Origin: Bacteroidales bacterium
Lineage (GTDB): Bacteria; Bacteroidota; Bacteroidia; Bacteroidales; VadinHA17
Direction: 5' to 3'
Length of the DNA: 62,354 nucleotides
Assembly: GCA_036508535.1 (NCBI GenBank)
Contig: DATCHE010000132.1
Span: 1 to 62,354 of the forward strand
The translations under genes were made by a program, and so were the position numbers. Numbering within the stretch: the first letter of the stretch is position 1; each line of letters opens with the position of its first letter. This document shows positions 50,367-59,100 of the stretch, piece after piece. Below the pieces are notes generated by a model. That model had not been told where the DNA came from, ran no database searches, and saw only the letters and a list, made by a program, of their open reading frames with translations.

Positions 50367-53060
50367 ATGAAACTTCATCATATTTTTATTTTACTGATAT
50401 TTATTATTGTTTCCACTTTAAGCGGAAATGCTCAGCCAGCAGAGACTACTTATTCTGGTTCTGTTATAAAATCAGGTTATGGTGTTGCTGAATCTTATGG
50501 TCCATATAATATTGAATTCAATTTTACTTTTTATGGCAATACATATAGTCAGTTCTATGTAAATTCAAGCGGCCAGGTTTTATTTGGTTCCGGATCAATC
50601 GATGGAACAGAGGTTCCAATACCTAACGCAGCATTGCCAAATAACTATATTGCACCATTATGGGACCAATTAACTGTTAGCAGTTCCGGAAAAATCTTAT
50701 ATACTACAGTAGGCGCTGCTCCAAACAGGAAACTAATTATCCAGGGAACAAACATGGGCTTTTATCCATCTCCTATATTCATGGGTACTTACCTGGTTAT
50801 CCTATATGAAACTTCTAATAAAATCCAGGTTCAATACAGAATAATCGTTGATGCTACAGATACAAGGGCGCATGGAGCCAGTGCAACAATTGGAATAGAA
50901 AACTCAGATGGTACTGACGGAGTTCAGTACGCTTATCATAATCCGTCAGCAATTTCTACAGGACAGGCAATTTCATTCACCCCAACCAGTCCTTCCACTT
51001 ATGCAATTAACTCGAATGATATTTACGATGGAGTTGTTTTAACAACAAATATCACTCAGCCAGAACCCGGAATTCCATTGCTGAACAGTCCCCCGCAGAA
51101 TGCTGTTATTGGTTCTGATTATACTTTCCAATGGTCAGAATCAGGGAATTCGGCATCATACACCCTATTAATATCAAAATTTTCTGATATGGGTGGAGCA
51201 ACAAGCTATCCGGCAGGTACTAATTTATTTTATAATGTGACTGGATTAACTCTTGCCACAACCTATTACTGGGGAGTCTTTGCAACAAACTCAACGGGAA
51301 CAACATGGTGCGAGATAAAAAGATTTACAACAAGCTCAACTCCTCCGCTTGCTGCAGTTCCACAGACGATTTATGTTGAACAAAACCAGGAGAAATCAAT
51401 AAAACTAAATTATACTGGTGGTGATGCGGGTGCCAAGACAGCAATAATTACTGCACTTCCAACACTGGGTAAGTTATACCAATATAATGCAGGGATAAAA
51501 GGAGCTTTGATTTCTTCTGTCCCGATTGCAGTAACAGATGCAGGCAGAAATGTGATCTACCTTGCGAATGGAACTTCAGGCAACGGGGTTGGAAACTTCA
51601 GTTATAAAATGAATGATGGTACAGGAGATTCACCGACTGCGCTAATTATAGTAAATGTCAGCCCTCCCGGAATACCAAACCTTTTATATGTTGCCAAAAG
51701 CACAACAATAGAAATGCAGTTCGATCGGCCTATATCAGATCCAACAGGAAAGCAGGGTGAGTTTACTGCAACAGTTAACGGATCAACTGTAGCTGTAAGT
51801 GCCCTGAGTCTGAAAGCAGGGGATAATAATTCAATCATTGCGACGCTTAGCACACCTCTGGCAGGAGGAGAAACAGTTCTGATATCCTATACTGCCGGAA
51901 CTGTTGCATCGGTCGAGGGTGGATGGCTCGCTTCATTTGCCGATCAGCCGGCAACATTACTTGCCCAGACAATTACTTTTGCCCAGCCACTCTCAAAAAA
52001 ATACAGCGATTCCCCTTTCACGCTCACTACTGCGGCACCCGGAGGCACAATGACATATTCGAGTTCTAACCTTGCCGTTACTACAGTTAGTGGCAATGTG
52101 GCAACATTCTTTTCATTGGGATCTTCTAATATAACAGCCCGTCAGTCAGGAAACGGAACCTACGCACCGGCAAAATATGTAAGAACATTAACGGTGGCAA
52201 TTGGCGATCAGATTATTACGTTTGGATCTCTTCCTCCAAAAATGATTGTTGATGCAGATTTTAGTCCCGGAGCAACTTCAAGTTCAGGACTAACGGTATC
52301 ATATTCAAGCGGTAATTCAGCAGTTGCAACAATTGTCAGCGGTATGATCCATATTGTTGGTGGAGGTACATCAGTTATTACGGCTTCACAAGCGGGTAAT
52401 ACATTATATAATAGTGCAGCTTCGGTTCAACAGGCACTTACGGTAACCGGATCCGGCAAAACGTTAAATCTTACAGTTTTCCTCGAAGGTTTATATAATG
52501 GAGCAAATGGGTTGGTTAAAACTCAGGGTTGTTTTGATGGTGAAACTCCTTTTGATATGTTTCCCGGAGCAATTTCAGATACTCTGTCAATCCAGCTTGC
52601 TCAGGATTTTGCACCATACCTTATAGTATATTCGGCACATGGCGTACCTATTAACACTAATGGGACGATCTTTTTAAACAGTATCCCTTCTACTCTTTCA
52701 GGGAACTACCATATAATTATTAAACACCGGAACCATATTGAAACATGGAGCAAAAGTGTCTCTTTCTCAACCTCAGTAGTTAATTATAATTTTACTAATG
52801 CCATTTCACAAGCATGGGCTAATAATATGGTGAGCGTAGGAAGTATTTACTGCATTTATACAGGCGATACAAACAAAGACCAGTATGTAGATGGCTTTGA
52901 TTTAGCAATTGTTTTCAACCTAAACCGGAGTGGTAGTTTTGGTTATCAGATATCTGATATAAATGGCGACGGATTTATTGATGGTTTTGATTTGGCAAAG
53001 GTATTTAATAATAACAAAAAAGGTGTTGGAATGAATACACCTGCAGCTCCATTAGAATAG
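50367..53060 (+). CDS. Secreted multidomain protein (NIDO-like, FN3-like, Ig-like modules) with C-terminal dockerin-type repeats
   Basis: Signal peptide MKLHHIFILLIFIIVSTLSGNAQ from the ATG at 50367. Two Ig-like modules (TITFAQP...LTV and IITFGSLP...LTV). Duplicated Ca-loop motif at the C-terminus. Confidence 0.75.
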   Translation: MKLHHIFILLIFIIVSTLSGNAQPAETTYSGSVIKSGYGVAESYGPYNIEFNFTFYGNTYSQFYVNSSGQVLFGSGSIDGTEVPIPNAALPNNYIAPLWDQLTVSSSGKILYTTVGAAPNRKLIIQGTNMGFYPSPIFMGTYLVILYETSNKIQVQYRIIVDATDTRAHGASATIGIENSDGTDGVQYAYHNPSAISTGQAISFTPTSPSTYAINSNDIYDGVVLTTNITQPEPGIPLLNSPPQNAVIGSDYTFQWSESGNSASYTLLISKFSDMGGATSYPAGTNLFYNVTGLTLATTYYWGVFATNSTGTTWCEIKRFTTSSTPPLAAVPQTIYVEQNQEKSIKLNYTGGDAGAKTAIITALPTLGKLYQYNAGIKGALISSVPIAVTDAGRNVIYLANGTSGNGVGNFSYKMNDGTGDSPTALIIVNVSPPGIPNLLYVAKSTTIEMQFDRPISDPTGKQGEFTATVNGSTVAVSALSLKAGDNNSIIATLSTPLAGGETVLISYTAGTVASVEGGWLASFADQPATLLAQTITFAQPLSKKYSDSPFTLTTAAPGGTMTYSSSNLAVTTVSGNVATFFSLGSSNITARQSGNGTYAPAKYVRTLTVAIGDQIITFGSLPPKMIVDADFSPGATSSSGLTVSYSSGNSAVATIVSGMIHIVGGGTSVITASQAGNTLYNSAASVQQALTVTGSGKTLNLTVFLEGLYNGANGLVKTQGCFDGETPFDMFPGAISDTLSIQLAQDFAPYLIVYSAHGVPINTNGTIFLNSIPSTLSGNYHIIIKHRNHIETWSKSVSFSTSVVNYNFTNAISQAWANNMVSVGSIYCIYTGDTNKDQYVDGFDLAIVFNLNRSGSFGYQISDINGDGFIDGFDLAKVFNNNKKGVGMNTPAAPLE
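52863..53010 (+). other. Dockerin-like double EF-hand module
   Basis: GDTNKDQYVDGFDLAIVFN ... SDINGDGFIDGFDLAKVFN: two D-x-N-x-D-G/Q-x-I/V-D-x-x-D loops, each followed by a short helix. Confidence 0.7.
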
Positions 53061-53113
53061 TGCTGATTTAACTGAAAAAGGTATTTGCAACTGTATAATG
53101 AAAAAATATTGAA

Positions 53114-56100
53114 ATGAAAAAATTGATTACCTGCTTATTTGAAAAAGCAAAACAAATAATTGCACTATTGTTATTTCTAATTTCAATTGCATCATACTCT
53201 CAGACCTGTGAAGTTACACTTCGTAACGACTCACTGATAGATGCAAACAATCTTATTGTGGATATCTATGTAAAATCAACAAGCGGGATTTTTTATTATT
53301 CCGGTGGTCAATTTAAGATTCTATATAATAAGGCATCTATCGCAAATGGTGGTACAATATCGGGAACAATAGTTCCTGGCTTTTCAGATCTGACAAATGC
53401 TACTCAGTATCCAACAACAGTAATTACTACCGCTACAACATCATTTCGCGTAGTCTTAGAAGCTTTCCCGACGTCGCAGACAGCATGTTCTCAATTATCG
53501 ACCACAGGATTTGGGACAAGGATTGGCAGGGTGAAATTGACAAATACTGTGGCTTTTGGTGAGTTTACGGCTGATATGCAAATGACAATTATAGCGCCTA
53601 ATGCTACTGCTATATGGTATGCTGCTGCAGATGCCAGCACAAATCTTTCAGGTTTAACTCTGGTCAATACAAATCTGGTAAACCCTTTTTTAAACCAGGC
53701 TATTACTTCGTTTAATGTTACCGGAAATGGCTCTTCTCCATCAGTAGTTGGTCTTGATGGTTCCCAAACCGGAGGTGTAAACTATCTGTTATATAAAGGA
53801 GTAACTTCTCAGGGGTCTTCAATTAACGGAACCGGTTCGGCACTCTCGTTTGGATCACAAACTGAAGGTACCTATACTGTAAAAGCCCATCGTAAAGCTA
53901 CTTACATGTATAGTGATATGACAGGATCTGCTGTTGTGACATCCGCAGCACCAACAGCATATTCTGTTACCGGAGGCGGTGCTTACTGTCAGGGAACCGG
54001 TGGACTGCCTGTTGGACTTATTAATTCAGAATTAGGAGTCACGTATACACTCTATAAAAACGCCATTGCTCAGGTACCCACAGTTGCAGGTACCGGGGCT
54101 TCAATATCCTTTGGGAATCAGCTCTTTGGTACATATACTGTTAGCGGAACAAATGGCGGAGGAACAACAGCAATGACTGGAAGCACGGTTTTAACTGAAA
54201 ATCCGGCACCTTCTGCACCAACAGGTACAGCAGTACAGTCATTCTGTTCAGCAACTTCACCTACAGTTGCAAATCTTACTGCCTCAGGGACAGCAATACA
54301 ATGGTATGCAGCATCAAGCGGTGGCACTGCACTTGCTACATCGACACCATTAGTAAATGGCACACATTATTTTGCAACCCAGACAGTAAGCACATGTGAA
54401 AGCACATCACGGTTTGATGTTACAGCAACAGTAAATACAACTCCTGCAGCACCAACAGGTACAGCAGCACAGTTATTCTGTTCAGCAACATCACCGACAG
54501 TTGTAAATCTCACTGCCTCAGGGACAGCAATACAATGGTATGCAGCATCCAGTGGCGGAACAGCACTTGCAACATCTGCAGCACTTGCAACTAGTCATTA
54601 TTTTGCTAGCCAGACAGTAAACGGTTGTGAAAGCACAGCCAGATTTGATGTAACAGTTACAGTAAATACAACTCCTTCTGCACCGACAGGTACAGCAGCA
54701 CAGTCATTTTGTTCAGCAACATCACCTACTGTTGCCAGCCTTTCAGCAAGCGGAACAGCTATAAAATGGTATGCAGCATCAAGCGGAGGCACTGCATTGG
54801 CTACCTCGACACCATTAGTAAATGGCACACATTATTTTGCAACCCAAACAGTAAGCACATGTGAGAGCACATCACGGTTTGATGTTACAATCACAGTAAA
54901 TACAACTCCTGCAGCACCAACAGGTACAGCAGCTCAGACTTTTTGTTCAGGTACATCACCTACAGTTGCCAGCCTAACTGCTACAGGAACTGCAGTACAA
55001 TGGTATGCAGCATCCAGTGGCGGAACAGCACTTGCAACATCTGGAGCACTTGCAACTGGTCATTATTTTGCGAGCCAGACAGTAAACGGTTGTGAAAGCA
55101 CAGCCAGATTTGATGTAACAGTTACAGTAAATACAACTCCTTCTGCACCTACAGGTACAGCAGCACAGTCATTTTGTTCAGCAACATCACCAACAGTTGC
55201 CAGCCTAACTGCTACAGGAACAGCAGTACAATGGTATGCAGCATCCAGTGGCGGAACAGCACTTGCAACATCTGCAGCACTTGCAACTGGTCATTATTTT
55301 GCGAGCCAGACAGTAAACGGTTGTGAAAGCACAGCCAGATTTGATGTAACAGTAACAGTAAATACAACTCCTGCAGCACCTACAGGTACAGCAGCACAGT
55401 CATTCTGTTCAGCAACTTCACCTACTGTTGCCAGCCTTTCAGCAAGCGGAACAGCTATAAAATGGTATGCAGCATCGAGCGGAGGCACTACACTGGCTAC
55501 ATCGACACTATTGGTTAGTGGCACACATTATTTTGCAAGCCAAACATTAAGCACATGTGAGAGCACTTCTAGGTTAGATGTAACTGTAACAATAAATTCA
55601 ATTCCTAACACTCCGGGAACAATATCCGGAACTGCGACTCAGTGTCCCTCACTTGCAGGACAAGTATATAGTATATCATCTGTTGCAAATGCAACTACAT
55701 ATGCATGGACAGTTCCGACAGGATGGTCAATAACAGCCGGGCAGGGAACTATATCTGTTTCAGTTACCACAGGCTTAACTGGTGACAATGGTGACATAAG
55801 TGTAACCGCAGGAAATAGTTGTGGAACAAGTTCTGCAAGTAGTCTTGCAGTTACTGTAAATCCTGCTGCCCCGGCTTCTCCGGGACTTATTAACGGTACT
55901 GTAATTCAATGTCCTTCATTAACCGGACAAGTATACAGCATAGGTGCAGTTCCAAATGCTTCAACTTACACCTGGATAACACCTACAGGCTGGTTAATAA
56001 CAGCCGGTCAGGGTTCTGCATCAATTACTGTGACCACTGGAACAGCAGGTCAGAATGGCAATATAAGCGTTACAGCAGCCAATAGCTGTGGAACGAGTGT

Positions 56101-59100
56101 ACCTTCACTTCTTGGAGTGAGTGTTGTTAGCACATCTGTAGCTCCGACCGGAGTTTCAATTTCCAATAATAATACTTGTACAGGGACCACTAAAACACTA
56201 ACTGTAACCGGAGGAAGTCTTGGATCAGGAGCTTCCTGGCAGTGGTTTACGGGTTCATGCGGAGGTTCTCTTGCAGGAACCGGGCCAAGTTTAACTGTTG
56301 ATCTTCCGGCAGGAACAAGCACTATTTATTATGTTCTGGCAACAGGAACTTGTAATACCACAGCCTGTGCCACTGGAACTGTAGTTGTTACTCCTACAGT
56401 TGGTAATCCCTCTGTACCGGTGCCTTCGGCAACAACTATTTGTCAGGGCGGCTCAAGTACAACATATACTACATCTGCTTCAAATGCAACCAGTTATAAC
56501 TGGACTGTAACAGGTACAGGAAACACTATTTCAGGAACCGGAACTACAGGAACTGTAGCATGGGCACCCGGATTTTATGGTGTAGCAACAATTGCAGTAA
56601 CGGCAAACGGGTGTGGAGGAATTTCAACTTCCTCTTCAACCACTGCAACAGTTCGTCCCACACCAACTGCATCTGTAGTCGGAACAACAGCAGTTTGTCA
56701 GAATTCAGCAGCTCCGGATATTACCTTTATTAATCCACAAACTTTGCCGATTACGGTTACATATAATATCAATGGCGGAACTAATTCAATAATTAATGTT
56801 GGTGCAAATATTTCGGCAACAGTATCAGTACCCACAAACATAGCAGGAATATTTGTTTACAATCTGGTAAGTGTGGCTTATCAGGCTGTACCTGGATGCT
56901 CAAATAATTTATCAGGATCTGCCACTGTAACTGTAAATGCAATTCCTGTTCCGACCCTGAGCAGTTCGGATGCAGATAATATAATATGTGCAGGCACAAA
57001 CGTAACATTTACAGCCGGGGGAGGCACAAATTATAATTTCAGGATTGGTGGTACAACAATTCAGAACGGTCCGTCAAGTACGTATTCAACTAGTACACTT
57101 ACAAACGGACAAGTGGTTAATGTTGTGGTCACTAATGCAAGTGGATGTTCAGCTAATTCTTCAGGAATTACAAATTTTGTAAATTCACTCCCCTTCATTT
57201 TTGTATCAGGTTCCCCGACCTGTTCTGGTGATAAACTCACTTATTCACTCGCAGTTACAGTAGGTTCAGGGACTGTGACAAGTACTGCAGGAATTGTTAC
57301 AAACCTTGGTAGCAATGTATGGTCTGTCACGGGTGTTAATTCAGGAATAAATATAATAGTAAAAGTTACGGATATTGCAGGTTGTGAGAGTGTTGTAGCA
57401 GTTACAGCTCCGAATTGTTCATGTCCTGTTATCCTTCCCCCGGTAGGTGGTGGCGATAAATCTTATTGTGCATCAGAAGCTATCCCAACAATTAGTGCAT
57501 CTGTTCCTGTCTTACAGACTGTAGACTGGTATAGTTCAGCATCAGGTGGAACACCTTTGCTAAGTAGTAGTCTTACTTACACACCACCTGCTCCGGGTAC
57601 CTATTATGCTCTGGCTCACGAAATATCATCACCCTGTGTCAGTAGTACCAGAACAGCTATTATTGTAACAATGAATCCTTTACCGCTTCCCACAATATCA
57701 AGTTCAGATGCAAATAATATTTTCTGTGCAGGAACGAGTGTAACATTTACAGCAGCCGGAGGTACAGGTTATAATTTCAGAGTTAATGGTTCAAGCAAGC
57801 AGAACGGTTCATCAACAACCTATACAACAAGCGCATTAACAACCGGACAGATAGTAGATGTGATAGTCACAAATGCAAATGGATGTGTTGCCACATCCTC
57901 AGGAATAACAAATACTGTTAACCCATTGCCGACTGCAACTCTTAGCAGCTCTGATGCTGATAATAAATTCTGTGAAGGAACCAGTATAACATTTACTGCA
58001 GGAGGAGGTACAAATTATAATTTCAGGGTAGATGGAGTTAGCGTACAGAACAGTGTATCGAACATTTACACAACCACTGGTCTCACAAATACACAGGTTG
58101 TGGATGTGATAGTAACAAACAATAACGGATGTTCTGCAACCTCTACAGCGATAACAAATACTGTTTACGCTTTGCCGACTCCCGGACTGATAAGCTCTGA
58201 TCCTGATAATATTTTCTGTGCAGGTACAAGTGTTACATTTACTGCCTCAGGAGGAACAGGTTATAATTTCAGGGTTAATGGTTCAAGTAAGCAGAACGGA
58301 GTGTCTCCAAATTATACAATAAGCTCATTATCAGATGGTCAGGTTGTTGATGTAATTGTTACTAATGCCAACGGATGTACTGCCATTTCAGCCTCGATGA
58401 CAAATACTGTCAATGCATTGCCGATAGCCGTTCTAATAAGTTCTGATTCAGATAACAAATTCTGTGCAGGTACTAGTATAACATTTACTGCCGGAGGAGG
58501 AACAAATTATAATTTCAGGGTTGATGGATTGAGTAAGCAAAATAGTTCAACATCAAGCTATACAACAAGTTCGTTGACAACAGGACAAATAGTGGATGTG
58601 ATTGTGACCAATGCCAACGGATGTTCTACAACTTCAGCTGGTATTACAAATACTGTTGATGCATTACCTGTTCCAACACTCAGCAGTTCTGATGCAGATA
58701 ATATTTTCTGTGCAGGAACAAGCATTATTTTTACAGCAGGCGGAGGAAGTAATTATAATTTCAGGATTGGCAATTCAAGTGTTCAGAGCAGTACGTCCAC
58801 TACCTATACAATCAATTCATTAACAAATGGACAAGTGGTTGATGTTATTGTCACGAACAGCAACGGATGCACAGCCACCTCAGCGCTAATTACAAATTTT
58901 GTAAATCCATTACCATTAATTTTTATATCAACACCTCAGTTCTGTTCACCCGATTTAACAACTTATTCGCTTGCTGTAACAGTTGGTTCAGGTATTGTGA
59001 CGAGTTCTTTAGGGATTGTATCCAATACAGGAGGTAATGTTTGGTCAATAACCGGTGTACCCTCAGGAAATAATATAAACGTTACTGTTACTGATGGCAA

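Noticed and set aside
54118-55524. Minus-strand ORFs 54118-54363, 54598-54828 and 55294-55524, and similar ones at 56050-56322, 56793-57008 and 60460-60642
   Set aside because: They lie antisense inside the giant adhesin gene. They recur only because the coding repeat recurs. The sense ORF is uninterrupted for 8 kb with clear domain signatures.
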